64,000 bases of DNA from the human T2T-CHM13v2.0 reference genome, Homo sapiens, in assembly GCF_009914755.1 (NCBI RefSeq), contig NC_060932.1, one strand, 5' to 3'. The translations under genes were made by a program, and so were the position numbers. Below are positions 1 through 14,791 of this stretch, in pieces; the stretch's first letter is position 1; the number at the start of each line of letters is the position of its first letter. Below the pieces are notes generated by a model. The model searched no databases and was not told the origin of the DNA. It saw only the letters and a list, made by a program, of their open reading frames with translations.

Positions 1-199
1 TCTACTCAGACAACAACAATAACAAATAAACAAAAACTGTTTTGTCTTTGAGCATGAAAAAACGTAAAAATGTTCCTACTATCCCCTAAGTTTCTTGAAG
101 GCAGGAATTGTATCTCCTTAATGTCTTTGTTTCCTAAATGCCTGGTACATGTGAATTGAATTTACGCCTTCATGGAAAGAAGCAATAACCTCCACTTAC

Positions 200-305
200 A
201 GGTTGGCATTCAGGGGCATAGTTCAGGTTGCGTCAACATCATAACTGGGTCAAAGTTAAGAATACAGTTTTCATCTCATGTGTGTTTTTAAATCAAAAGT
301 GAAAA
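200..305 (-). other. Possible non-coding exon on the minus strand (106 nt)
   Basis: Minus strand reads ...attctctttAG|TTTTCAC...CCAACCT|GTAAGT; stops in all three frames. Motif-only evidence. Confidence 0.2.
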
Positions 306-2489
306 CTAAAGAGAATAATGACAATCTTTCTTCTATTTTATTTTTCTAATGACTTATATTTTAACTGCTATTTAATGGATATGATATTAATGAAAACATT
401 CTGATTATCCTTAATAATGTACATTTTTAAAGGTCAGTAATGGTCTTTATCTCAGGCAATAAAGATTATGAAACAAACTACTGTAATTATATTCAAACTA
501 GAATATGAAATGTTAGGCATTTTACAATTTTTCCCACTATTTTTTATTTGCTTACAGTGACTACATTCATTCAACAAATGTCTGTCTATCTAGCTATTTC
601 ACCCTTCAGGCAGAGTGGGATTATATAAAGGAAGGTAATTCCTATTCCGTAGTAGGAAGGAACTCTCTACTAGCTAGGTAAATAACACTTATATAAAATT
701 TAATAGAATGTTAGCTAAATAATAACACCAAATGTATCTCAGCAGTATATGACTGCATTCTTAGTCAGTGTAATATTCATAAAGTGTCATGAGTTCTTAG
801 GAAAGAAAATCACTGTGGCCTATCAAAATTATGAAGCCTAATGTACATGCAGAATTTTAAACTTGTGCCTAAATTCTTCTCATTATGTAGCAAAAACTGA
901 TTTCTCTGTGCTATACAAATAAACCTACAAAATGTGATCAGGAAATCAATAAGAGAATGTAAAAAATAGTTCATTTATTGAGTGATAGGATTCTGGATCA
1001 TAAAAGATTTATTCTAGTCTTGATGTTATAAGTCTTGAGTTCATACTTGGCTTGTGTAGTAGTGTTTATAAATGACCTGTATAGTTTGACTTCATTTAGA
1101 AAAGACAAGTGAACTCTGCTATATCCTCATGTGAAACCCAGGAGCTAATCTGTATACATCTTCATTCTAGAAGTGTTCATTCATTTATGCATTTAGTCAT
1201 GTACACATTTATCCTTACTTATCCATTGATGTGATTCAGACCCAGATGATCTGGTGGCAGCATGGACAGGCACTTGTCTTCAGAATGCTAGCCACCTAGA
1301 AAAGCCCTCCAGGACTCTACTCAGAGTCCAAAAGAGTTGTTTTTCAAGTTACATAGTTGTGTCTTAAAGTAATTCACATACAAATGGAAAATCATACACC
1401 ATGGAATTACATATTAAATCATTTTTCCTTAGTTATATTTTATATTTTTTAGAGTGATCATAGTTTTCCATGAGAATTTGCCTAGTTGTGAGGCCTTGTA
1501 GATACTAATTAACTCATGCTGTATGATGATTCTGTATAAAGAAAGCTTAAATCAATACGTACGTTCTGAAGAAAAAAAAAATCTCTTTGCAGTACACAAA
1601 GAGAAAAAAACAAACCTAAAAAGAGTTCCTGAAAATGACTAGTAACTAAGTGGTTTGAAAGAGTTAATATTGTTTCCTACAGGCCTGATTAATAAAGACA
1701 TTACCTATCCCTATATTGAAAAAGTGGACATGGTTTCTAGTTCTGTTTCAGGTTGATTTATGTGGGGAGAGTGTGATGACATTTATGTACTAAATACTTA
1801 GTGCTTTTAATTCAGTTTACATTTAATCTATAAATGCAAACCATGTTAAAGGATGCTTGACAAAAATAAACTTGAAAGCCAGCATTAACCTTCCAAACCA
1901 GCTGAAGGTGCTTAAAAGACAATAAGGGTAAAATTTCATTATACAGACTTCAAGTGGGTTTTTAAAAAATCTATAGACTTTCCAACTAAAATGATGAATG
2001 CTGTTCTGATTCTAATTGACAAGTGTTATATATAAAAGAGTTCTTGCCTTCATTCTTATCAAAACTGTGGGGATTTCCAATGATAGGACAATATTATGTG
2101 GGTGGAAACTTCTCAGAAGAATAGAGAACTTATCAGTATTTACTTAGGTTCTATTACATTCAGAGCCATAAAAGAAACTACACTCATAAATTTATAGACA
2201 GTCAAGGATATTGCCTCTTCCCCAAAGAGGCTAGATATTAAAGGAGTGGAGCGAATGAGCTCAAATCATGAAGTGGTTTCAATATTGGAAGAGTTTTCCC
2301 CCTTCATATTTCAACTTGTAACTAATATGTTATGAAGAATTGCTGGCTAGCTAACTTTGAGGGTTTGGCAGAAGAAAACAGTCTTCACCACTTTTTCTTA
2401 CAAATGTTCTTTTTCTTCTACAATTAGTACTTAATGATAATATCGACCCTTTAATGAGTTACTGTAGATTAATGATTACCACACTTGTT

Positions 2490-2575
2490 CAAATATATTT
2501 AGGATTCCAACTTTGCAGATAAAGAAAGAGGTTTATAGAGGTTAAGAATCTTGCCCAAAATCACACAGCAGGGAC
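2490..2575. mobile_element. MIR fragment
   Basis: ttgcagataaagaaa...gaggttaagaatcttgcccaaaatcacacagc resembles the MIR core. Confidence 0.6.
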
Positions 2576-2595
2576 AAGATGTAAGCCTGTTTTTT

Positions 2596-3091
2596 TCTTT
2601 GCTTCCTATTTCTGCTGTCACAAATTACCACGAACTGAGTGTTGTGAACAACACAAATCTATTATTTTACAGCTCGAGGTCAGAAGTACAAAAGGGGTTT
2701 TACTGGGCTAAAATCAAGGTGTCAATAGGGGTGCATTCCTCTGAAGAAGCCAGGAAAATCTTTTTCCTTCCCTTTTTTAGCTTCCAGGGTCTTCCTCCAT
2801 TTTTTGGCTCCATTCCTTGGCCCCTTCCGCCATCTTCCTTCTTCAAAGCCCACAATTTCATTACCCAACCTCAGCTTCTGCTATTACATCTCCTTTTCTG
2901 ACCCTTCTTCCTCTCTTTTTCATCCTTTAAGGACCCTTGCGATTATATCAGACCCACTTAGATAATCCAGGACAATCTCCTCTATTTCAAAACCCTTAAT
3001 CACATCTGCAAAGTCACTTTTGACATTTAAGGTAACATTCAGTTTCTAGGCATTAGGGCAACTGTGAGAGGCCATTATTCTGCCTACTACA
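2596..3091 (-). mobile_element. MLT1 (ERVL-MaLR) solo LTR, MLT1C/D-like
   Basis: ttcctatttctgctgtcacaaattaccac...gggctaaaatcaaggtgtc...ccttaatcacatctgcaaagtc...gccattattctgcctactaca matches the reverse complement of an MLT1 LTR. Confidence 0.8.
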
Positions 3092-3133
3092 AAAGCTAAA
3101 GATCTGGGTAAGTATAGTGCAGTTGTGTGCATA

Positions 3134-4109
<976 letters not shown>

Positions 4110-5264
4110 TATTTTGATATTAATATGTCAATATAATTTAGTAGAGAAAAAATACAATCACAGAGATTAATGATCACTACAATGATTACGGTAGTGTAAT
4201 ATAATAGAAATAGCTTTGAATCTGGAAAAATTCTGGCTTCATCATTTACTAACTGTATAACATCAGATAAATATCTTAGTGTTGTCTCTTTAGAGGTGAT
4301 GTGGTGGTGAGTTATAAGGAATGTTGTTCCTTCTCCTTCATTTTTAGAAAATAACAAAGATAGAGAAGGCAGACAATATAGTACATGTTGTACTTAGATG
4401 TTATAAGTAATGTCTAATAATAATTACATTTGCAAAAACTATTTTCTAAATATATTAAACATTTTGTGGGCCTTATTTTTATTTTACAAATAATATTCTG
4501 CTGCTCAATGTGCTCTTTTTGTTCCTCCTCTGATATTCAATGTCTGCTTGTTTTTTTGTTTTTTTTTTTTCTGTAATGCCTCTTAAATTTAGGAATCTGA
4601 ATTAATTCATTAGCTTGATGATGGCTTTTTCTCATTCCATTTTAGGAACTTAATTTTTAGCATGTAATTTTCTGTATTGTTGTTTGCTGGTATAGGTGTA
4701 CAACTAGTATTTTTTATGAAAAACAAATCCTGCATTAGCCTTTTAAAAATCATTTATAAAATAAATCCCAACCTCATATTATAGGAAAGTTATGATATAA
4801 AGTATCACCTCTGCCTCGTCATTCCCTCACTTTGATCCCATTCTCAGAGGGAACTCCTAACTGTTGGGTTTTAATTCTTTTTCTTTAGAATGTTACCTTA
4901 TAATTCTTGATCACATGCTTGTCAACTTTTTAAACAATTGTTGACTCCTGATTTGAAAGGCTAGGATCTGGCCAATTTAATTACACCATCTTTCCTTGCC
5001 CCTCCTTTCAATATTTGACATTTATATTTTAAATTTTGTTCTTCTATTGTTTACTTTTACAACTGAAAATAATATGGGTAAGCATTCATTTTTTTTTTCA
5101 ACAGAGTCTATACTCTTCACTTTCCAGATAAGGTATTAATTCTCCTACTCATTTCCTCAAGTTTTCCTTTCTTCAGCAGCTTAACTTTGGTCAGGTGTCA
5201 AGTTTGTTTATATTTACAGTTTTCCTATAACCACCTCCAACTATTCTTTTTGTGAATATGTTGA

Positions 5265-5565
<301 letters not shown>

Positions 5566-6789
5566 ACATTGACTTTAAAGTTGGAAATGTATGAACAACA
5601 TTGCCAAACCACAAATATTATTTGATGCTGAGTCACATAGTGTACTATGTTCTTTGAAGTAGTTTCACTCTCAGGAAACCTAGGGCACTCATGGGAACAA
5701 GTTCACCATGTGAAAATGGATTCTCTCTCTTTTTTTTTTAACTCAATTGCTTGAAATCATTTCAAATTTACATTTTCTTTAGATTTATATTTACTTAATA
5801 TAATACCATTCCAAATTTACTTGTATTTGCTTTATTTGATTTTGAAAGTTTCATGCAGATTTGTTTTTATCCTGAAATATCAAATTGTCTTTCATTTTGT
5901 TTCCTGCACTAAATTTGCCTTTATCTTATCCTCAGTTTTTTACCCCCTCAAAGTTTTATATTGTCTCAGATTTTTTCCCCTTGGAAATGTCCTTCATGGA
6001 GCTCTCTATATTGTTCCTTCTTCATTCAGAATGTGTGGCCTCTTTAATCTTGCTGTGCAGCTGTCATTCTCCAAATCCCCTCAATTTATTTTTTGGATGA
6101 GAGTCTTATTTTATTTGACTCAATATAATTTTGCTTATGTATTATTGTTTTAACTTTTATGGAGTCTATCAGATTGTATATTAATAATGTGAGATATTAG
6201 AGATTGGTTTATCTTATACCCATGACTGCTTTCTAATTCCTCTCATTTAGATCATGGGACATGAGGCTGCCCTTATTTCTGAAATAGTGTACAGGAAAAC
6301 ACCAGGGAACAAGTATCCAGAATCATGACTGCTAGGTTAAAAAGGCATCATCCAAGTATGGACAGAGAATTCACTAATGAAGTCCAAATAGGAAGAACAA
6401 GAGAATATGTTGGGAGAGGAAAAGGAATGAGGCATGATGTAAAGGGTGGTAAACCTTGTTTTCTAATCCTTGTCTGGATTAGGGTAGAATAGAGGCACAA
6501 CAGTGTCTGCCTACATTTCCTAAGGCATCCTTCAATAGAGGGAGTAGTCATCTTGTTTATCCTAACTGGAACTCTTGTTTTTGGTTGACTTCCTAAGATG
6601 TCAGTAAGGGATGATATGGTATTATGAGAACTTACAGATAGCCTCATATAGGATTCTACAGATCCTACAGCTAACCCATGTAGCCTCATATAGACTCTAT
6701 GCAAAAATTGTTAAAGTTTAAGATAATATACATAACTAGAATAATATATAATGCTCACAAATTAGATGATTTCATAAATCATGGTTGTC

Positions 6790-7310
6790 AACTCTTTGCA
6801 ATTTCATCAATAAAGTTATAGTGTTTCCAGTGAAAAGCCAAGCATGATTTTTAGTGAATATTAATAAGCTCATGCTAAACATCTCTATGCCAATCAAAGG
6901 CATAAGAAAGTCAAGAAAATCTTGAAGGCAATATTTTATCTGCTTTTATGCATGTATGGCACATTTTATAGGTTTAAAAAATTAAAATAAACAAATAAAT
7001 AGAACCAATTATATAACCAGAAAGAAGTTTCAGAGACTAAAGGTATCATAAGCAAAACAGAAAATACATTTGAAGCCTAAAAAGTAAGCAATGGAAATAT
7101 GTATTATGCCAAAAAGAAAAAGTAGAAAGACAACAAAAGTATGAAATAAAAAACAGGAGAAAAAGAAAACTAATTTAGGAAGTACAACTAGTAGAAATAA
7201 GAACAAGAAAGTGAAAGCAAAGAAATGGGAAAGAAGAACTGATCAGAGGGGAAAAAAGAAAAACTAGAAAATATTTTCAAAGTTTACCAGGACATGTTTC
7301 AAAATTGAAC
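6790..7310 (+). mobile_element. Degenerate old L1 (L1M) fragments
   Basis: A-rich sequence with L1-like phrases (aagctcatgctaaacat...aagaaagtcaagaaaatcttgaag). Confidence 0.4.
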
Positions 7311-7960
7311 TTTCTTGACTAACTCAATTCTTTCTTTACTTATTCTGCTTCTAAACCTTCCTAGAATCCTCCTTCTATTGGAAATGAAGGAAGCAGCCTG
7401 GGATAATAGACTCTTCACTTTTTTCCTTCCTAGTCACAGGTTATGTGTGTGTGTTTGTGTGCATCTGATGAAATAATATATACAGAGTAAATATGTATGA
7501 AAATTAGGAAAAGGCCAGTATTTATTTATTAGCTTCTTTTACCTTTACTATCATTTTTAATATCTGTTCTTTAGTCAGTTTAAGGAAATATCAAGTAGAG
7601 GCTCATTATACTCCAAAATGCAAATATGTTTCTGAGACTTTAAACACCACATTGTCTAACTTCATAATGCTAGAATTCTGTTCCTTTATACTCATACCAA
7701 AATTTTCTTTTTTCAGGGATTATTTTGTTAATACATTCTGCCTTCTTTCCTCACATCTGTCAACAAGCAATGACTGCCTCTTTATCTTCCAACTTTTTTC
7801 TTTTCTCAAATTACCAATGTCTTTTTTACAGTCAAGTTTATTTTTATAGATTTTATTTTATTTATCTAATTTGTTTTATTAGACTGTGCTGCTGAATTTT
7901 ACCTTCTATGGCATTTTTTTCAGTGAAAATCCACTTTCTTGATTTTGCTTGACTTGCTGA

Positions 7961-8193
7961 CCTTTCTTTTCCTTTCCCTCTGTCCCTTCCTCCCTCTCTC
8001 CCTCCCTCCCTCCTTTCCTTCCTTCCTTCTCTCCTCCTCCTTCTTCTCTTCTCTTTTCTCGCTCCTTCCTTCCTTCCTTCCTTCCTTCCTTCCTTCCTTC
8101 CTTCCTTCCTTCCTTCCTTCCTTCCTTCTCCCTTCCCTTCCCTTCCCTTCCCTTCCCTTCCCTTCCCTTCCCTTTCTCTTCTTCTTTCTTTTT
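7961..8193 (+). repeat. Polypyrimidine tract with (TCCT)n and (CCCTT)n, derived from an Alu tail
   Basis: About 230 nt almost purely C/T; (TCCT)n ~8063-8128 and (CCCTT)n ~8129-8173. Confidence 0.95.
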
Positions 8194-8466
8194 CAGACAG
8201 GACCTCACTCTGTCACCCAGGCTGAGTGTGATTTCAGCTCACTGCAGCCTTGACTTCCAGGCTCAAGAGATCCTCCTGCCTCAGCCTTCCAAGTAGCTGG
8301 GACTACAGGTGCCTGCCACCATGCCTGGCTAATTTTTGTATTTTTTGTAGAGATGGGGTTTTGCCACGTGGCCCATTCTGGTCTTGAACTCCTGGGCTCA
8401 AGCAGTCTGCCTAACTCAAGATTCCTAAAGTGCTGGGACTACAGGTGTGAGCCACTGCACCTGGCC
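8194..8466 (-). mobile_element. AluJ
   Basis: cactgcagccttgac, ggctcaag, ttttttgtagagatgggg are J-type features. Confidence 0.85.
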
Positions 8467-8861
8467 TGACCATTCATTCTGTATCTTCTATGTTGTTGTT
8501 GTTTTTTAATTTGAGGAGTATACTTTTTCTTTTATTTTTTCGTTAAATAGTTCCTTAGAATATTTTCAGTCTTACATAATCTTCCTATACATTCTCATTT
8601 GTTTTCTTGATGTAAGATGATTTCTAGGTTTTTGGTTTTCCCTATGACCAGCTCACATATGTCCCTGAGACAGTTTCTCTACTAAAGCATTTATTTATTT
8701 ATTCAAGAAATGTGTGAGTGCAAATTATGTGCTAAACATTTTAGCAACACATTCTTTCTTCTGCTGTCCTTAACCTGCACTCCATTTCACTGGAATGGCC
8801 ACATTCCTATTATCATTCAGTACTCACTAGTTCACATTAGAAATTTTATATTCGCAAACAG

Positions 8862-9203
<342 letters not shown>

Positions 9204-9279
9204 CTATCCATATATTTTACTTCCTTCTTCTAGACATCAAGAAAAGTAATTATTTTTTTTTAAAATGTCATTCCCAGAT

Positions 9280-9438
9280 GACTCTAATCAGATCTACCTC
9301 TGTGCACTGTTGAAACAGAATCCAGAGTCCTAATCTGGACCATGGAAACTGAGTTGCTAGGACGGACTTACAGAATCTGCATTAGTAGCAAATGTTCTAG
9401 GTGATTCACATTCACGTTACATTTTAAGAACCACTGCT
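9280..9438. mobile_element. MER5-like hAT DNA transposon relic
   Basis: gaatctgcatt...ctaggtgattc...ttaagaaccactgct terminus. Confidence 0.55.
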
Positions 9439-9862
9439 GTATGTTGTTTTCTTTTCTTGTTATAAATGATATCGTCATATATATTTATACAAAAATGTAC
9501 ATATGCATATATGCATATGTATGTAATGTTCCATACAAATAATTATATCATTGCAATAGATGCCTGAGCAGGAAATGATAGTTAAAAAGAAAACCATTTT
9601 AATATATCTTCCACTATTCCAATCGCTTGCATTCTTTCTCCAATTTAATTCTATAATATAGTTTTTCTAGTTGTATATCTATCCTCTTTTCAGTCCTTTT
9701 CATTGGTTTCCTTCCTACCATTCATTTATATGCTGGTATTCCCCAGGGAGAGGTCCTTCTTTGGTCCTTGTCTTTTCTTCTACACTTAAAGTTTTGCAGA
9801 GGTCACTTAGGTATTTCTCAAGAACCATGCTTAGTCTGCATCTCCCACTTTGTGTTCATTTA

Positions 9863-10219
<357 letters not shown>

Positions 10220-10426
10220 TCAATGGTCAATGTTTTTCCCTTTCCCTGTGTAATTTACTCATTAACCGTTCCTTCCTAATATGGTAGCCTTGTTATTGCC
10301 TCCCTATCATCTAGAAAGCAAGTTAAGACAAGTAGATTATGATTTTATGGGAAACCAAAGTCTTGAGAAACAAAACAAAACCCACTCTTTATTCTTTACT
10401 CTGAGGTTAAGAGAAAAAAAAAAAGC

Positions 10427-10879
10427 TGCATTAGTTAGCTATTGCTACAAAATGCTGCATGACAAAAGAGTCATAAAACTTTCAGTGGCTTATTGATATT
10501 TTATTTTTATACTTAAAAGGCTGTAATAATTTAGCTGATCTAGGCTAGGCTTTTCTGAATGAGTTAAATGGCAGGCTTCTGATTTGGCTTCAGGTCTGAG
10601 GTGCAGGTGGAAGGAGCAGCAGAGATATTGGAAAATCTTTTTTTTTGGTGGCAGATCCCAGGTGCACAAGAGAACAAGCCCAACCATGCAAGCAATTACA
10701 TTATGTTCATTCGCATTTCCTTAGTCAAAGCGGTTTCAGGGCAAGCCCAACCTTAGTGGGATGGGGAAATATACCCCACCCACAGTGGGAGGCTTTGTAA
10801 AATTACATAGCACAGGGTGTGGAGGTATAATCCTAGTACTAGGCACTGAGTAATTGCGACAATAATCCAATCTACATCA
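10427..10879 (-). mobile_element. Old MLT1-family solo LTR
   Basis: tgcattagttagctattgct...tcagtggctta...ggggaaatataccccaccc...aataatccaatcta matches a reverse MLT1-type LTR. Confidence 0.65.
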
Positions 10880-11549
10880 GAGGGACAGTATATGAATCTG
10901 AGGATTCTTGGTATACATAATTTTTTGTTTGTTTTGCCATTATCAGAAACTTTCTCAGATGATTTTTTTAGAGGGTTTCACTTACTTAATTAAAAAGGTT
11001 ACTACTCATTTACTTGTGTTTTATCATTAGTTCTTTTACTGTAGAAGTGGCAGAAGACAGAGAAGAAAGGGCCTCAGTCTCTTGCCTGAGTCTGAGACCT
11101 GTGTTTCAAATTGTCCGATAAGTAATCTACAGACAGTTTTTCCTCAACAGGCACCCATAATTTTATTAATTCTTTGTTTATCTTAAGCCTGTGGCTCCTT
11201 AATTTCTCATCATCAAATCTCCCCAGGTTATCTTCAAGTTTTTCTTCTTTCTCATCCTTATACCCAATCTGTGAACAAATCCTGTCAGTTTCGATGGAGT
11301 ATTCCTTTCAAGTCCCCTCAGTCAATTTTTATTTCATTAAGTGTTTTCATTTTTAACCAGGAGTTTTACTTCAAAAACCTCTGGATCCAGAGGCATCTTA
11401 TAAAAAAAGAAACCTGAGAGTGTCCCCTGTTTAAAGGGCTCACTCAACTGCTGGAGCCCGGGCTATCTTCTCTTTCCCATTCACCACTCAAACTACATGG
11501 AATACTGACGTCAAAACTCTCACTTTTTAGATGATTCTCTTACTATCTG

Positions 11550-12070
11550 AATATCACCTACATTGCCTTCTCCACTCAGCAAAGCCTGATTCATCTTCCA
11601 GAGCAAAGTAGGGTGTAATCTTTGCTCTTAAGCCTTTCAGGATTCTCTTACGAAGTCAGTGGCCTTCTCCTGGCATTCTCACTGCATTCTGCACAACTAC
11701 CCATTCAAGAATTGTTTCATGGATTCTTTACATTTGATTATAAAAGCATTAAAAGATCCTCATAAAAATCAGAGGACATATAAAGTGTAAAGAAGAAAAT
11801 ATAATCACTGTTCTTGGCTTAAGAGAATACAGTTAACATTTTGGTACTATATTTTTATGGCAGGATTACCTCATTTAACAATATAGCATAGCATTTTTCC
11901 AATTGTAGTCTATTATAAAAATTAATTTTGCTGTTTCTCTCCCCCCACAGATTGTTCATTCCTTTAAGGATCATCATTTTTCATTTTACACCTTATTTCC
12001 AGTGCTTGGTACAATCCTTGGCAAATAGGACACATTTAATTAACAGTTGTGTGAATGTTAAATGAAATGG
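11550..12070. mobile_element. L2/L1 relic fragments
   Basis: ccagtgcttggtacaatccttggcaaatagg...tgtgaatg resembles the L2 3' end. Confidence 0.4.
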
Positions 12071-12274
12071 GAATATTTTATTAAGTCCGAAATAATTCAG
12101 TGAACAAAGAAGCATAACTATAAGCCAGTGACAGACTACAAAATAGGTAGTATTTTACTAAAGTCTGGATATCTTGTTATGTTAAATATTATTTTTGAAA
12201 GCCTGACATTGTGTCAAGGCAATAGTTATGCTATAATTCTGTGTTAATCCTGTTTTCTATTTTTTTGTCCTCAG

Positions 12275-12350
12275 GAAATTATTTGCTATAAGAAATAGAG
12301 TCACATGAGACTTTAAATATTAGTCAAATAATGCTGTAGTTTTAGCACTG
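12275..12350 (+). other. Candidate non-coding (5'UTR/lncRNA) exon, 76 nt
   Basis: Acceptor tgttttctatttttttgtcctcAG|G and donor CTG|GTAAGA; stops in all three frames. Confidence 0.4.
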
Positions 12351-13129
12351 GTAAGAGATACAAGGGGTTAAGTCACTCTAGTCTTTCTTCTTCTTCTTTT
12401 AAAGACATGTAACTTCTTTGTCTGATCTCCTTATGGTCCTTGTCACAACTGTATGGCTTTTAATCACTCATACATTCAGTGAGTTACTGCACTGCTGGAA
12501 CCTTAATAACGTTCTAGTTTGTTTGGATGATCTTCCTGATAAAGTCCTGACAATCTCTCAGTATAATGGAAAGACAATCAAAATAAAAAATGCTTTAAGA
12601 GTTCAGGTAGTGGAGCATACTATTATTTTTCACACAGTGCAAGGATATTAAAATACTGACTTTCATTCATTTGATTGAGTTGGTGATGAAATCCAAGAAA
12701 AATTGAAAATTTGAATTATTCTACTGCCAGTAGGGACTGTATATCATGAACAGAAAAGCAGGCATATGTAACTGACTCTTGTAGCATAATCTGAAAAGTG
12801 TCAGCTTGCCCTCCTTTTATATGAATTTCTGCAGTATATCTAAGCAATTAATTCATTATATAGCTCTCATATTTGCAATCACCACCTGGAATTTTATAAA
12901 AATATAAAATGTCATCTTCAATATACATAGTTTGAATAGTTAAAATGACGTCTTACATTGATAGAGTGTTTCAGTTTTTTCAAGATGCTTTCTGTTAAAG
13001 TATCTCATTTGACTCAACAGTCCTCTGAAAGTAAGTAGTGGAACTCTGATAATTCTACAGCCTGTTTCATACCCTTTGCCTCCTTCCTTCTTATTAATTT
13101 CCAATTTATCTTTCTTTCTTTTAAAGGAG

Positions 13130-14040
13130 GCAGTTTGGTGTGATGGAAAGAGCATAGAATATGAATTCAGATATTTAGCTCTATCCTTGTCTTGAATTAC
13201 TTTGACATTGGAGGGATCATTTTCAGTTCTCTGAACCTTGGTTTTCTAATTGGCAAAATAATAATGATGCTAAAGTGTACTCCCAATGTTGTGAGGATTA
13301 ATTAAGGTGAAATTGGGGAAACCTTAAAAGAGCAAATGTAACATTCATGTTAGCTTCTTTTAAGGGCAGCTTGGGATGATGGAAAGAGAACAGATCTTTG
13401 CTTCATGGCTTCTTACTTATGGTACTTGAGCAAGTAATCTACCCTTTCTGAGCTTCATTTTTCTAAGTGTGAAATGGGTATAACAATACCTGTCTTGTGA
13501 AGCTGCTGAAAGATAAGGTGACATATATGCTGATTCTAGCATAGTTCCTAACTCAGAGTCATATATCCTATTGAAAGTGTTTCCCTTTCTTTCATCCTTC
13601 CTCCCTACCTCTTACCACTCCTCTTTCCCACCTCCTGTCTTTCCACTTTACTCTTCATCCTCCTATCTCAACTTTGTGTGACAGAAAAAGATAAAGAACG
13701 TGATTGGAGAATCTCAAGATTTAATAATTTAGAAAGTATTTAGCTTAGAAATTCTTTTTTCTAAAGAAAATTGTAATTTTCAGTTGAGGCAGGAGATGGG
13801 GATTCAAGTTCTCCCTCCTTTTGAGAAAAGACCCCTTCCTGGCCCACTTTGAAATCTCCATTGAATCCTGTAAACTTTGTGCAGTAGAATTTGGAAAACC
13901 ACTGGTGTAGCCGAACCCTCTCAACTTGCAGATGGAAAAACTGAATTTGAGGGAAGTTGAGATACTTGCCTAAGCTCGTGAGGCTGGGAAGTGGTGAGCT
14001 AAGACTAGAACTCAGTCGTTCTTTGCCTTACCCTATTCCC
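13130..14040. mobile_element. Cluster of MIR (and MER5-like) relics
   Basis: tctctgaaccttggttttct, tctgagcttcatttttct...aatgggtataacaatacct, ttgcagatggaaaaactga...cttgcctaag. Confidence 0.6.
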
Positions 14041-14509
14041 TTAGTAAGTAAAGATACAGAGTGCAAATATGTATAATCAGATTCATCTCTTGAAAGATGT
14101 TACAGTCTATTTGTGTAGATGGAACTCACATTAAAAGATGAGGAAAGTAAAGTAGTATGATATAACAATGAAATGGGTGAAATAGGTAAATCCATTAAGA
14201 AGAGACGGGCATGGATGATCACTGTTTTGGGGGGCTGGACACTGCAAACTTTATGAGGGCAGGAATTTCTTTGCTGTGCTCATTATTATTTTATTCCCAG
14301 TGCGTAGAGAAGTGCCTGGTTTCCTATAGGGAATTAATACTTTTTAAAAATTAAATAAATGAATGGCTAAATGAGATGTAAATGAACCAGTCCTAGAAAA
14401 AGGGCAAGGGTTTAGAAAAGTTAGATCAGAGTGTTTAAACAATGGGCTGGTCTTCATTGTTGGGCAATGAAATATGTTGAGTGAGTCACGATTTACATAT
14501 AAAAGTGTC

Positions 14510-14791
14510 GGCCGGGAGCAGTGGCTCAAGCCTGTAATCCCAGCACTTTGGGAGGCCGAGGCGGGTGGATCACAAGGTCAGGAGATTGAGACCATCCTGG
14601 CTAACATGGTGAAACTCCGTCTCTACTAAAAATACAAAAAATTAGCCAGGCGTGGTTGTGGGTGCCTGTAGTCCCAGCTACTCGGGAGGCTGAGGCAGGA
14701 GAATGGCATGAACCCAGGAGGTGAGCCGAGATCGCCCCACTGCACTCCAGCCTGGGCGACAGAGCAAGACTCCGTCTCAAAAAAAAAAAAA
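14510..14791 (+). mobile_element. AluY-like with 12-bp deletion in the right arm
   Basis: gaccatcctggctaac and gaatggcatgaaccc (Y diagnostics); TSD aaaagtgtc. Confidence 0.9.

Noticed and set aside
6630-6700. Short direct duplications (tagcctcatatag twice; also 23334-23356, 37652-37670 and 54880-54960)
   Set aside because: Ordinary slippage duplications with no higher-order pattern.
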